Shown: positions 46,521 to 55,595 of the stretch, in pieces
How positions within the stretch are numbered: the stretch's first letter is position 1
How the letters are laid out: every line of letters starts with the position of its first letter
Assembly: GCA_045613985.1 (NCBI GenBank)
Contig: JAZLCA010000064.1
Span: 13,837-77,836, forward strand
Reading direction: 5' to 3'
DNA length: 64,000 nucleotides
Source: Eubacteriales bacterium
Lineage (GTDB): Bacteria; Bacillota; Clostridia; Oscillospirales; CAG-272
Notes under the pieces: generated by a model
What the model was told of the DNA's origin: nothing
Seen by the model: only the letters and a program-made list of their open reading frames with translations
Databases searched by the model: none
Translations under genes and position numbers: made by a program

Positions 46521-47516
46521 ATGAGCAAAATTGCTATTATCGGAAAACAGCAGCCCTTGGTGATCCGCCAGCGTATCAAGGAGTATTTGGAGTCTGAGGG
46601 ACATACGGCGGACATTCTGTACATGCCCACCCGCAACGCGAGTGAGTGGATTGATGAATTGAAGGGCTACAACGCCATCATTTCGGCGGGCGAAAAATTC
46701 CCGGGTATCGTTTTTGAATCTCTCAAAGGCGACCTCAAGCTTTTGTCGCGCTACGGTGTCGGTACGGATGAGATCGACAAGGTGACGGCGGCAAATTGTG
46801 GCGTGGCGGTCTGCAACGCGGCAGGCTCGCTGTCTACCGCCGTGGCCGAGTGTGCCATGGGAATCATCCTTTCGTTGCTTCGCAGTATCCCCACCTCCGA
46901 CACGGAGGTCAGAGCAGGGGACTGGAGCCGCTTCTTTGAGAGCAAGACGGGCTCGCAGCTGGAGGGCAAAACGGTGGGTATCATCGGCTTCGGCGATATC
47001 TCCAAGGCGCTCGCCAAAATGCTGACCGGCTTTGATTGCCGTGTCATTGCCTATGATATTTACTGGGACGAGGAGACCGCCCATCGGCTGAACGTCACCT
47101 ACGCAGATATCCCGACCATTCAAAAAGAGGCCGATATCATCAGCATCCACGTGCCTTCCACTCCTCAAACGGACGGCATGATCAACAAAGAATTTTTGCA
47201 AGGCATGAAGCGCACGGCCTTTTTGGTCAACACCGCAAGAGGCCGCTTGATCGTCGCGCAGGACCTGGCCGACGCGCTCAACAACGGCGTGATCGCGGGC
47301 GCGGGTATGGACGTCTTCTCACCCGAGCCTCCTCTGCCCGATAACCCCCTGCTGACCGCCAAAAACACCGTGCTGTTGCCTCATACGGGTGCTTGCACCA
47401 TCGAAAGCCATGAGAAAGCGGGTATGATGGCAGCGCGCAACGTCGCAGACTTTTTCGCAGGGCGCACGGTCAAGACCATTCTCAATCCCGACTACAAAAA
47501 TCACACGGAGGTATGA
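46521..47516 (+). CDS. D-isomer-specific 2-hydroxyacid dehydrogenase family protein
   Basis: GIIGFGDISKALA (NAD fold), NTARG, and the MDVFSPEP..LPHTG catalytic region. Confidence 0.85.
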   Translation: MSKIAIIGKQQPLVIRQRIKEYLESEGHTADILYMPTRNASEWIDELKGYNAIISAGEKFPGIVFESLKGDLKLLSRYGVGTDEIDKVTAANCGVAVCNAAGSLSTAVAECAMGIILSLLRSIPTSDTEVRAGDWSRFFESKTGSQLEGKTVGIIGFGDISKALAKMLTGFDCRVIAYDIYWDEETAHRLNVTYADIPTIQKEADIISIHVPSTPQTDGMINKEFLQGMKRTAFLVNTARGRLIVAQDLADALNNGVIAGAGMDVFSPEPPLPDNPLLTAKNTVLLPHTGACTIESHEKAGMMAARNVADFFAGRTVKTILNPDYKNHTEV

Positions 47517-47520
47517 CGAT

Positions 47521-48177
47521 ATGAACGATTGCAGAGAATTGCGCCAGGACGTGATTGATACCTGTCTGTGGTTAAAGGCGAACGGCTTTGTCTTTTCCAC
47601 CTGGGGTAATATCAGCGTGAGATTGGATGACGGAAATATTCTGATCACCCCCTCCAAGGTAGACTATGATACCATGACGCCCGAGGATCTGGTGGTGCTT
47701 GCCCCCGACGGCACGCAGGTGTCGGGTCATCGCCTGTCCACCAGCGAGCGTGAGATCCACCGCCGCGTCATGAATAAGCGTCCCGACGTGGGCGCGATCA
47801 TCCATATGCACTCGCCCTACGGCATGGCGGCATCGGCAAGAGACGAGGGTATCCCCGTCTTTACCGAGGAGATGTGCCAGCTTTTGGGCGGAGCCATCCC
47901 CATGTCCAGCGAGTTCGTGCCCTCGGATATGCATGAAAAATTGGGCATCGTGGTGTCTGAATCGGTGACGGCGGAAGGCAACGCCATTCTCATCCGCAAC
48001 CACGGTCCGATGTGCTTCGGGCGCAATCTTGCGGAGGCAAGAGTGTGCTGTCAGGTCACTGAAAAAACCTGTAAATTGTATCTGCATCTGTTGGCGGCGG
48101 GCGGTATCAAGCTGATCGAAGAGCAGTATATCGCGCGCGGCAGAGATTATTTTCTCAACGGCTACGGAAAATCTTAA
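47521..48177 (+). CDS. Class II aldolase/adducin-family protein
   Basis: 218 aa. WGNISVR, the SSEREIHRRV..IHMHSP His cluster, and IRNHGPMCFG. Confidence 0.8.
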   Translation: MNDCRELRQDVIDTCLWLKANGFVFSTWGNISVRLDDGNILITPSKVDYDTMTPEDLVVLAPDGTQVSGHRLSTSEREIHRRVMNKRPDVGAIIHMHSPYGMAASARDEGIPVFTEEMCQLLGGAIPMSSEFVPSDMHEKLGIVVSESVTAEGNAILIRNHGPMCFGRNLAEARVCCQVTEKTCKLYLHLLAAGGIKLIEEQYIARGRDYFLNGYGKS

Positions 48178-48194
48178 TTTGGGAGGAATAGAAC

Positions 48195-49214
48195 ATGAAA
48201 GTTGTAACCATGGGCGAGATGATGATTCGTTTTATGCCCAAAAACAATCTGCGCTTCGAACAGGCCACCGAGTTTGAGGCCTACTACGGCGGTGACGAGT
48301 CCATTGTGGCAGTATCGCTCTCCCGCTTTGGCCTGGAATCCCGCTACGTCACCAAGCTCCCGCTGAACCCTTTGGGTCAGACGGCACTGAACAAATTGCG
48401 CGAGCAGGGCGTAGATACGTCCTACATCGTACGCGGCGGCGAGCGTCTGGGACTGAACTTCTATGAAAACGGCGCATCGGTGCGTGCATCCAACGTGCTG
48501 TATGACCGCAAGTATTCGGCGATTTCGCAGGCCGACGTCGAGGAGTTTGACTTTGACGGTATTTTCTCGGATGCCGATTGGTTCCACGTTGCAGGCATTA
48601 CCCCTGCCATCAGCCCCAAGGCGGCTTTGCTCGTTGAGGCGGCCATGAAGGCGGCTAAGGCGCACGGCGTGACGGTCAGCGTTGACCTCAACTACCGCGC
48701 CAAGCTGTGGACGCCTGAAGAGGCACAGGCGGTCATGATTCCCCTGATGCAGTACGTCGACGTTTGCATCGGAAACGAGGAGGATGCCGAGAAGGTGTTG
48801 GGCTATAAGCCCGAAAACACCGATATCACCAAGGGCGAGCTGGATATCGAAGCTTACAAAGAGGTATTCATCAAGCTCAAGGAGCGTTTCGGATTTAAGT
48901 ACATCGGCTCCACCCTGCGCGAGAGCTACTCCGCATCGGATAACGGCTGGTCGGCTATGATCTACGACGGCAAAGAATTTTACCGTTCGAGAAATTACAG
49001 CATCCACCTGGTTGACCGAGGCGGCGGAGGTGCATCCTTTGCAGCGGGCATGATCTACGGTCTTCTGAATGGCATGTCCATTGCGGATACCTGCGAGTTT
49101 GCTACGGCCTCCTCGGCCCTCAAGCAGACAATCGTGGGAGATTTTAACCTGGCAACGCTGGACGAAGTTAAAAAGTTGATGGGCGGCGACGCATCGGGCC
49201 GCGTCAACCGATAA
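48195..49214 (+). CDS. kdgK: 2-dehydro-3-deoxygluconokinase (PfkB family)
   Basis: MKVVTMGEMMIRF..YYGGDESIVAV.. and C-terminal DRGGGGASFAAG (PfkB signature 2-like). Confidence 0.8.
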   Translation: MKVVTMGEMMIRFMPKNNLRFEQATEFEAYYGGDESIVAVSLSRFGLESRYVTKLPLNPLGQTALNKLREQGVDTSYIVRGGERLGLNFYENGASVRASNVLYDRKYSAISQADVEEFDFDGIFSDADWFHVAGITPAISPKAALLVEAAMKAAKAHGVTVSVDLNYRAKLWTPEEAQAVMIPLMQYVDVCIGNEEDAEKVLGYKPENTDITKGELDIEAYKEVFIKLKERFGFKYIGSTLRESYSASDNGWSAMIYDGKEFYRSRNYSIHLVDRGGGGASFAAGMIYGLLNGMSIADTCEFATASSALKQTIVGDFNLATLDEVKKLMGGDASGRVNR

Positions 49215-49224
49215 GAGGTGCGAT

Positions 49225-49668
49225 ATGATTATTGATAACATTAAAAATGCGAGCAAATATTTCGGTCTTGGCAAAGGCTTTGAGGCCGCGCTGACCTATC
49301 TTGCCAACTACGAAGGGAAGGCCGATGAAAAAGCGGACATCCCTGTGTGCGAGGGGGTTATGGTCAAGTGCCGCCCCTATATGACCAAGGCCGTCGAGGA
49401 TTGCGCTTTCGAGGCACACGAAAAATACGCCGACATCCATTTCGTCGTATCGGGATGCGAGTGCATCGGCTACGCGCCTACCGATTCCTTGACGGTTGTC
49501 CGCCGCGACGAAGCAAAGGATATGATCTATTTGGAGGGCGAGGGTGTCAATTTGCCCCTCAACGCCGGTGATTTTATGATCACCCTTCCCGACGATGCCC
49601 ATATGCCTTGCATCAAGCAGGACGAGAGCGTATTCTGCGCCAAATTGGTTGCCAAGATTTTACTGTAA
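49225..49668 (+). CDS. YhcH/YjgK/YiaL-family (DUF386) protein
   Basis: 147 aa. MIIDNIKNASKYFGLGKGFEAALTYL.. is the typical N-terminus. Cupin-like. Confidence 0.7.
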   Translation: MIIDNIKNASKYFGLGKGFEAALTYLANYEGKADEKADIPVCEGVMVKCRPYMTKAVEDCAFEAHEKYADIHFVVSGCECIGYAPTDSLTVVRRDEAKDMIYLEGEGVNLPLNAGDFMITLPDDAHMPCIKQDESVFCAKLVAKILL

Positions 49669-49683
49669 GAGAGGAGAACGATT

Positions 49684-50361
49684 ATGTCTTACCAGATGTC
49701 ACTCAAAGAAAAAGTTATCAGCTACACCAAGGAAACGGGTATTCTGCCCTGCATCAAGCTGCACCACAAGGATGACTATATTGCCTATGCCCAGGCGATG
49801 TACGACGGCGGCGCCCGCGTCATTGAGGTTACGATGACCACCCCCGGCGTGCTGGAGGCCATCGAAGCCATTTCGGATCATTTCGGCGACAAGCTGCTGG
49901 TTGCGGCAGGTACGGTGCTGGATCCCACCTCCGCCCGTGAGGTAATTCTGCACGGCGGCAGCATCATCGTCAACCCCTGCGTCATCGAGGACGTTATCGA
50001 CCTGGCCAACCGCTACAACGTGCCCGTATTCAGCGGCGCGTTCAGTGCGACCGAGGTGTTCAACGCCATGCGTGCAGGTGCTACCATGGTCAAGATCTTC
50101 CCGGGTGCTTTGGGCGGTCCCAAGTACATGACCAACCTCAAAATGGTGTTCCCCGAGGTCAACCTCATCCCTTCGGGCGGTATCACCCCCGAGAATGCCG
50201 GCGAGTTTATCCGTTGCGGCGCGTGTGCCGTTTCGGGCGCCCGCACCTTCATGGACTTTGATAAGATCGAGCGCGAGGGCCTCGTCTCGGTCACCAATCA
50301 GGTCAAGAAGTTCATCGATATTATTGCTGAGGCAAAGAAGAACGTGCCGATCATTCCGTAA
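49684..50361 (+). CDS. eda: KDPG / 4-hydroxy-2-oxoglutarate aldolase
   Basis: 225 aa. EVTMTTPG and MVKIFPG (Schiff-base Lys context) motifs. Adjacent to kdgK. Confidence 0.85.
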   Translation: MSYQMSLKEKVISYTKETGILPCIKLHHKDDYIAYAQAMYDGGARVIEVTMTTPGVLEAIEAISDHFGDKLLVAAGTVLDPTSAREVILHGGSIIVNPCVIEDVIDLANRYNVPVFSGAFSATEVFNAMRAGATMVKIFPGALGGPKYMTNLKMVFPEVNLIPSGGITPENAGEFIRCGACAVSGARTFMDFDKIEREGLVSVTNQVKKFIDIIAEAKKNVPIIP

Positions 50362-50376
50362 GGATGACAAGAAAAT

Positions 50377-50420
50377 AAAACAACCGCGGAGTGAATTTCA
50401 CTCCGCGGTTGTTCTTTATA
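50377..50420 (+). terminator. Terminator of the sugar-acid operon
   Basis: 16-17 bp stem AACAACCGCGGAGTGAA/TTCACTCCGCGGTTGTT, then CTTTAT. Confidence 0.75.
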
Positions 50421-50522
50421 AATTCTCATTTTGGGAAATAATCAATTCTATGGAATCATAAAATCGCCCTCTTAAAATTTGTTTTATCATATCCGATTTA
50501 AAAAGTCAATCCTCTTGCAGTC

Positions 50523-50568
50523 AAATCCCCTTGCTTTGCAAATACTAACATCACAAAAGTGTGAAAAA
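50523..50568 (+). repeat. Direct repeat, copy 1 (decayed duplicate of the spoVT promoter/leader segment)
   Basis: Hand alignment with 53161-53206 gives 38/46 identical positions (32 of the first 35). Confidence 0.8.
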
Positions 50569-50569
50569 C

Positions 50570-50598
50570 TTGACATTCTAACGCAAAAATGTTATAAT
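50570..50598 (+). promoter_or_regulatory. sigma-A consensus promoter (TTGACA-N17-TATAAT) of the Cys-repeat protein gene
   Basis: Perfect hexamers at 50570-50575 and 50593-50598. Confidence 0.65.
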
Positions 50599-50661
50599 CA
50601 AAAAAACGACTTTTGTCAGTTGTATTTTCTGCGTTTTTTTAATCAGAAAGGTAACCATGCT

Positions 50662-53151
50662 ATGAAACATATGTTTTTTCGATTGATCGCTGTCATTTTT
50701 GCTCTTATAATAACGTGCAGCATCATTCCGGCCGGATCTGCATTAACAACTGTTAGCAGAATTGATGCACACAAGGCGTATTATGATTATTTAAAGGCAG
50801 AGATAGAGGGACTTGGCGGCCCGGTTCGTGATGAAGACTATTACGAAATGTTTACTGACCACATCAAGCGTCCGGCTATCACGCAGAAGCTCCTCGCCGT
50901 ATATCTTGTAGATGTGACCAATGATGGTATAGAAGAGTTGGTGATCAAGCGCTACGTGACCCATGATTCAAGTGCTATGCTTGATTCTGACGATGCGGAA
51001 TGGGTCTGCATCTATTCCTATGTGAATGGCCAGATTAAACGAATCGGGCAAAATAAACAGTGGATCCGCCCTGCGAATGCAACAGCTTGGTCCTACTATG
51101 AGCCTGATGGCTATATTGGCGATATTCTTAGTTTCTGGCAGAATCCTCATATTTCGAATGATTGTGTCACCCTCTTCTGGGGAAAAGACGGAGAAGTTTT
51201 CTTGTGTGACGGAGAAGTACTCACATCAAGTGAGTGTTCTTTCTCTTTCTATAGCTTTAATGGCACGCACATGGAAAGAGAGGACTGGTTCAATATTATC
51301 TTTGTTCCCGAATGGACCCTCGGGCCTATTCAGTCCTCGTACGGATACCATATCCATGAAATCAACGGTGAGAAGGTTGAACAAAAAGAATTCAAGGCCA
51401 AAGTGGATGACTATACGGCAAGCGGATCCTATAAACTGCAAAATAATGACTATAATGAGGTGCTGAATATTCTCAGCATGACCATCCAGGGAAAGGACGT
51501 GCCTTACGGTGATGCCAATCCTCACTGCCACATTCCATCCGCTGAATGGATCAGTGTGGGCGGTCAGCACTACCGCACATGTCAGAGTGGGTGCGATGTA
51601 AAGCTTGATTTGGATTTTTGCGCCGGCGGCATAGCAACTTGCCTGGAAAAGGCTACATGTTCCGTTTGTCACCAGTATTACGGTGATTTAAAAGAACATT
51701 CTCCGTCATCGGTATATTCCCATGCGGACGGGCAACACTTTTTCAAATGTAGTATCACACCAAACTGTACTGTGGTCTTTGACAAGGAGGACTGCACAGA
51801 TAACAACCGGGATCACAAATGTGATGTCTGCAAAAAAGCCGGTATGGGAACTCATGAAGCTGCTATCGGCACGCATATATGCAATTACTGCGGAAAACGT
51901 GATTCTGATTCTGATTGCGTAGATAATATCCCGGATCATAAATGCGATTACTGCGACACGACTCTCTCACAATGCATAGACGACAACCGAGATCACGAAT
52001 GCGATATCTGCAAAGCCGCCGTAGGCAAACATCAAGCACCTTACGGGAGCCATTCCTGTAGTTACTGCAAGGAATCGATCTCTGAATGCACAGACGACAA
52101 CCGGGATCACAAATGTGATGTCTGCAAAAAAGCCGGCATGGGAACTCATGAAGCCGCTGTCGGCACGCACATATGTAATTACTGTGGAAAACGTGATTAT
52201 GATTCGGAGTGCGTAGATAATATCCCGGATCATAAATGCGATTACTGCGATGCGACTCTCTCTAAATGCACAGACAACAACCGAGATCACGAATGCGATA
52301 TCTGCAAAGCTGCCGTAGGCAAACATCAAGCACCTTACGGGAGTCATTCCTGTAATTACTGCGGCGAACCGCTCTCTGAATGCACAGATGACAACCGGGA
52401 TCACAGGTGTGATGTCTGCCGCGACTATATTAGTAACCATGAAGCTGTCGGCTCGCACATCTGTAGTTATTGTGGTGTTCCTGTTCCTAATTCTGTGTGC
52501 GTGGATAATAACCGAGATCACAAATGTGATATCTGCGGAGATAATGGTTTCGGCACTCATATGTCCGCTACCGGTACGCATATTTGCGATTACTGCAACG
52601 CCCCTGCTTCTGAATGCACGGACAAAAACAAAGATCACAAATGCGATAGGTGCAAAGACAGCGTTGGTGCGCATGAAGCTCCTGCCGGTAAACACGTCTG
52701 TAATTACTGCAACGAATCTATCTCTGAATGTACAGACAAAAACAGCGATCACACGTGCGATATCTGTGGAAAATCTGTCGGCACTCATATGGCCGCTACC
52801 GGTACGCATATTTGTGATTATTGCAACGCCCCTGCTTCTGAATGCACGGACAGAAACAGGGATCACAAATGCGATGCTTGCGGAACCTACCTTGGCACTC
52901 ACGAGGCTGCGGACGGTACCCATCTGTGCGATTACTGCAGTCAACCCATTTCTGAGTGTGAAGACGATAACAAGGATCACAAATGTGATGTTTGCGGAAA
53001 GGACGATGCCTCTTCGTCTGAACATTACCAAGATAATCTCCAAATGGGTTGCAGTGGTACAATTACCGGGATGCTCTTGTTGGAAATTGCTTTGAGCGGT
53101 GTAGTCACTTTTGTTATTGTGAAAAAACGAAAAATAAAGTATCCTCGATAA
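50662..53151 (+). CDS. Membrane-anchored surface protein with 12 Cys/His-rich C-x-D-x-N-x-D-H-x-C-D-x-C modules (unknown family)
   Basis: Start at MKHMFFRLIAVIFALIITCSIIPAGSA (signal peptide; the track ORF starts further upstream). N-terminal domain of about 300 aa. 12 modules such as CTDDNRDHKCDVCKKAGMGTHEAAVGTHICNYCG. C-terminal TM GTITGMLLLEIALSGVVTFVIV + KKRKIKYPR. Confidence 0.8.
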   Translation: MKHMFFRLIAVIFALIITCSIIPAGSALTTVSRIDAHKAYYDYLKAEIEGLGGPVRDEDYYEMFTDHIKRPAITQKLLAVYLVDVTNDGIEELVIKRYVTHDSSAMLDSDDAEWVCIYSYVNGQIKRIGQNKQWIRPANATAWSYYEPDGYIGDILSFWQNPHISNDCVTLFWGKDGEVFLCDGEVLTSSECSFSFYSFNGTHMEREDWFNIIFVPEWTLGPIQSSYGYHIHEINGEKVEQKEFKAKVDDYTASGSYKLQNNDYNEVLNILSMTIQGKDVPYGDANPHCHIPSAEWISVGGQHYRTCQSGCDVKLDLDFCAGGIATCLEKATCSVCHQYYGDLKEHSPSSVYSHADGQHFFKCSITPNCTVVFDKEDCTDNNRDHKCDVCKKAGMGTHEAAIGTHICNYCGKRDSDSDCVDNIPDHKCDYCDTTLSQCIDDNRDHECDICKAAVGKHQAPYGSHSCSYCKESISECTDDNRDHKCDVCKKAGMGTHEAAVGTHICNYCGKRDYDSECVDNIPDHKCDYCDATLSKCTDNNRDHECDICKAAVGKHQAPYGSHSCNYCGEPLSECTDDNRDHRCDVCRDYISNHEAVGSHICSYCGVPVPNSVCVDNNRDHKCDICGDNGFGTHMSATGTHICDYCNAPASECTDKNKDHKCDRCKDSVGAHEAPAGKHVCNYCNESISECTDKNSDHTCDICGKSVGTHMAATGTHICDYCNAPASECTDRNRDHKCDACGTYLGTHEAADGTHLCDYCSQPISECEDDNKDHKCDVCGKDDASSSEHYQDNLQMGCSGTITGMLLLEIALSGVVTFVIVKKRKIKYPR
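51793..52380 (+). repeat. In-frame tandem duplication, 2 x 294 bp (98 codons = 3 Cys modules each)
   Basis: TGCACAGA..GGGATCAC at 51793 recurs at 52087, and GATCAC at 51811 versus 52105. The units are near-identical at the nucleotide level. Confidence 0.9.
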
Positions 53152-53156
53152 TACCA

Positions 53157-53185
53157 GTATAAATCTCCTTGTTTTGCAGATACTA
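53157..53185 (+). promoter_or_regulatory. Forespore-type (sigma-G/F-like) promoter candidate of spoVT: GTATA-N17-GATACTA
   Basis: Resembles the published GHATR-N18-CATxHTA sigma-G pattern. spoVT is sigma-G dependent in Bacillus. Spacing and the first -10 base deviate from consensus. Confidence 0.45.
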
Positions 53186-53206
53186 ACATCACAAATCTGT
53201 AAACAC
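53161..53206 (+). repeat. Direct repeat, copy 2 (functional spoVT promoter/leader)
   Basis: See 50523-50568. Directly followed by RBS AAGGAG and the spoVT ATG. Confidence 0.8.
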
Positions 53207-53224
53207 AAGGAGATTTTTATATAT

Positions 53225-53788
53225 ATGAAAGCCACAGGAATAGTAAGAAGAATCGACGACCTCGGGCGCGTTGTCATTCCCAAAGAAATAAGAAGAACCA
53301 TGCGCATCCGCGAGGGGGATCCTTTGGAGATCTACACCGACCGCGAGGGTGAGGTGATCTTTAAAAAGTATTCGCCCATTGGCGAATTGGCAGGCTTTGC
53401 TTCGCAATATGCGGAGACGCTGCACAAGACATGCTCGCTCTCGATAGTCATTTGTGACCGCGACGCGGTGATTGCCTGCTCGGGCGTTCCCCGCAGAGAA
53501 TACAGCGATAAGCCCTTGTCGGACGAGCTGGAGGCTATCATCAACAGCCGTTCCTTGTACGTTTGGCACGAGGGCGAGGAGAAGCTGCCTGTACTGTCCA
53601 CATCGGGCGAGGCGGGGCATTTTGTCAGCTGTGCCATGCCCATCCTGAGCGAGGGTGATATTATCGGCTGTGTGGTATCGGTACAGCCGATGGAGGGGGC
53701 GCGCGGCGCCGGCGTGCCGACGGGCGACGTGGAAGTCAAGCTCATTCAGACAGCCGCAGGGTTTCTCGGCAAACAACTGGAAAGCTGA
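53225..53788 (+). CDS. spoVT: Stage V sporulation protein T (AbrB-family regulator with GAF-like domain)
   Basis: MKATGIVRRIDDLGRVVIPKEIRRTMRIREGDPLEIYTDREGEVIFKKYSPI is the canonical SpoVT/AbrB swapped-hairpin N-terminus. 187 aa. Confidence 0.92.
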   Translation: MKATGIVRRIDDLGRVVIPKEIRRTMRIREGDPLEIYTDREGEVIFKKYSPIGELAGFASQYAETLHKTCSLSIVICDRDAVIACSGVPRREYSDKPLSDELEAIINSRSLYVWHEGEEKLPVLSTSGEAGHFVSCAMPILSEGDIIGCVVSVQPMEGARGAGVPTGDVEVKLIQTAAGFLGKQLES

Positions 53789-53798
53789 ACGAAACAAA

Positions 53799-53838
53799 AA
53801 ACGGGAGAAGCCTAAAGGCTGCTCCCATTTTTTTTGTT
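53799..53838. terminator. Bidirectional terminator
   Basis: A-run-GGGAGAAGCC-TAAA-GGCTGCTCCC-A-T8, between convergent genes. Confidence 0.8.
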
Positions 53839-53839
53839 A

Positions 53840-54298
53840 TCACAAATATGCTTTGAGCCGTTCGACGTTTTGTTCTTCGAAGCGAATGATATCTCGGGCG
53901 AGAGTAAGTGTGTCCTCACCGGCATTGCTGTTCTCAAATTGACGCAACAGCGTGATGGTCTCGTTCATATTCATGGTCGAGCCCTGAATCACCATATCGG
54001 CCAAGTGGCTGACGGTGGTGTCCAGTATGGTTTCCATGGCAGTGCCTGCTTTGGCGGTCATTTTGTTCCACAAACTGTCGTCGCAGGGGTTCTCCCCGCC
54101 CTGACGAAACAGCGTATTGATGCGATTGGCGTAGCGCTCGTAGCCGTCCAACTGCAATGTCAGATCGCTTTTGAAAGCGCCGTTCTCCCGCTCGATCTTG
54201 GGAAGCAGGGACAGGATCGAATCACTTCCCATTTTGACGTTGTTGTACAGTTGCTTGAGCAGCTCTGCGGTGCTGCTTTTCATGGTTGCGCAAGACAT
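53840..54298 (-). CDS. Hypothetical helical protein (152 aa)
   Basis: Start at MSCATMKSS.. after GGAAAGGA. Predicted all-helical by eye. No motif recognised. Confidence 0.5.
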   Translation of the reverse strand: MSCATMKSSTAELLKQLYNNVKMGSDSILSLLPKIERENGAFKSDLTLQLDGYERYANRINTLFRQGGENPCDDSLWNKMTAKAGTAMETILDTTVSHLADMVIQGSTMNMNETITLLRQFENSNAGEDTLTLARDIIRFEEQNVERLKAYL

Positions 54299-54416
54299 AC
54301 GATATCCTTTCCTTGCCACGCTTGGAGTGGTGGCGGTCATACAATATAAAGCGGGCATTGCCCGCTTTGGTAGTATGTGCAATGCCCGTTTAGGTATTCG
54401 GTTAAGTAAGGATTTA

Positions 54417-55427
54417 TCACAGACCCTTGCGGATCTTTTGAGCGCGGACGTCGGTGCCGAGAAAGAGCAGCACGCGGTACTCGCCAAACAAGCGGCTGGT
54501 AATGCGGTCCCAGTAACGGCGGCGAAGCTCTTCTTGCATCAGATTGGTATTGATGATGGTCGGACGGCGCAGGTTCATGCGGGTGTTGATGACGTTGTAG
54601 AGGGCCGAGACGGTAAACTGGTTGGCTACCTCGGTGCCCAGATCGTCGATGATCAACAGATCGACGTTGTAATAGCGGTCGAGATTGGATTCGTCCGAAG
54701 GGCCGATGCTGTTGCCGAAGCGCTCGGCTTCAAAGGCAGACACCATGCCGACAGCGGTGGTGTACAGTACGTCGTGGCCGTTATCCAGCACCGTTTTCGC
54801 GACGGCAGTGGACAGATGGGTCTTGCCCAGTCCCGTGCCGCCGATGAGAAGCAAGTTGTCGCTGGCGGGGTGGGTGGCATCTCCCAGCGTGAAGGTGGCC
54901 GCCCAATGCTGCAGCATACGCAGAATGGCGGACATGGTGCGAAAAGTGCGCTCGTCGTTTTTGAAATAGTCGAGCGAGTAGTTGTCAAAGCTTTGGGTGC
55001 GCAGCAGATTGCCCAGCCCCGAGGTCTGATAGCCTGCCATGCGAAGCTGTGCCTTCATACAATCGCACATGGAGGTGTCGTCCAAAAAACCGGTGTCACT
55101 GCATTTGTCACATTCGTAGCGCAGCTCGGTATAATTGGCGGGATAGCCTGCGGCGGTCAGCAGTGCGGTGCGGCGGGCAAGCAATGCCTCGTTCTTTCTT
55201 CGCAGAGCCACGATGGCAGCTTCGCGAGCGGCATCGTCTCCGGCATTTTCCAAGGAGGCGCGCATGATGTCCAATCCCACGTGCGACAGCGCGCGGTGAA
55301 TGTCAGCTATCTCGGGAATGAGCAGCTCGATCTCGCGGCGGCGGCGCTCGGCGTCCTCGCGGGCGCGCAGATATTTGGTTTCATATTCTTGCCGAATGCG
55401 GCGGTAATTTTGCTGATTGTAAGGCAT
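54417..55427 (-). CDS. DnaC/DnaI-like AAA+ helicase loader
   Basis: Start at MPYNQQNY.. (RBS AGGAGG). Zn-like CDKCSDTGF..CDC, Walker A GGTGLGKTHL, Walker B DLLIIDDLG. Confidence 0.8.
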   Translation of the reverse strand: MPYNQQNYRRIRQEYETKYLRAREDAERRRREIELLIPEIADIHRALSHVGLDIMRASLENAGDDAAREAAIVALRRKNEALLARRTALLTAAGYPANYTELRYECDKCSDTGFLDDTSMCDCMKAQLRMAGYQTSGLGNLLRTQSFDNYSLDYFKNDERTFRTMSAILRMLQHWAATFTLGDATHPASDNLLLIGGTGLGKTHLSTAVAKTVLDNGHDVLYTTAVGMVSAFEAERFGNSIGPSDESNLDRYYNVDLLIIDDLGTEVANQFTVSALYNVINTRMNLRRPTIINTNLMQEELRRRYWDRITSRLFGEYRVLLFLGTDVRAQKIRKGL

Positions 55428-55595
55428 GAGAACCTCCTGTGATGTTTGTCTGCAAGCTTCTCGAATAACCAAAGGCCTCCGCCTTTGTGGAGCGAGTGGG
55501 TAGGACCTCACGAGCTTGCGGTAGCTGTTGTGCGGGCGAGCGAAAGAACTTTCCACTTTGCCCTGATAATTTCACTTTTAAAGTTTTTGAAGATC

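Noticed and set aside
50479-50661. An upstream extension of the Cys-repeat protein ORF (track start 50479).
   Set aside because: The extension spans the direct repeat and the consensus promoter. The ATG at 50662 is preceded by GAAAGG and followed by a typical signal peptide.
51790-53010. Regularly spaced nucleotide repeats that could superficially resemble a CRISPR-like or other non-coding array.
   Set aside because: The periodicity is in-frame (about 33-35 codons; a 294-bp super-unit). The repeats encode the conserved Cys/His module, and there are no constant repeats alternating with unique spacers and no cas genes.
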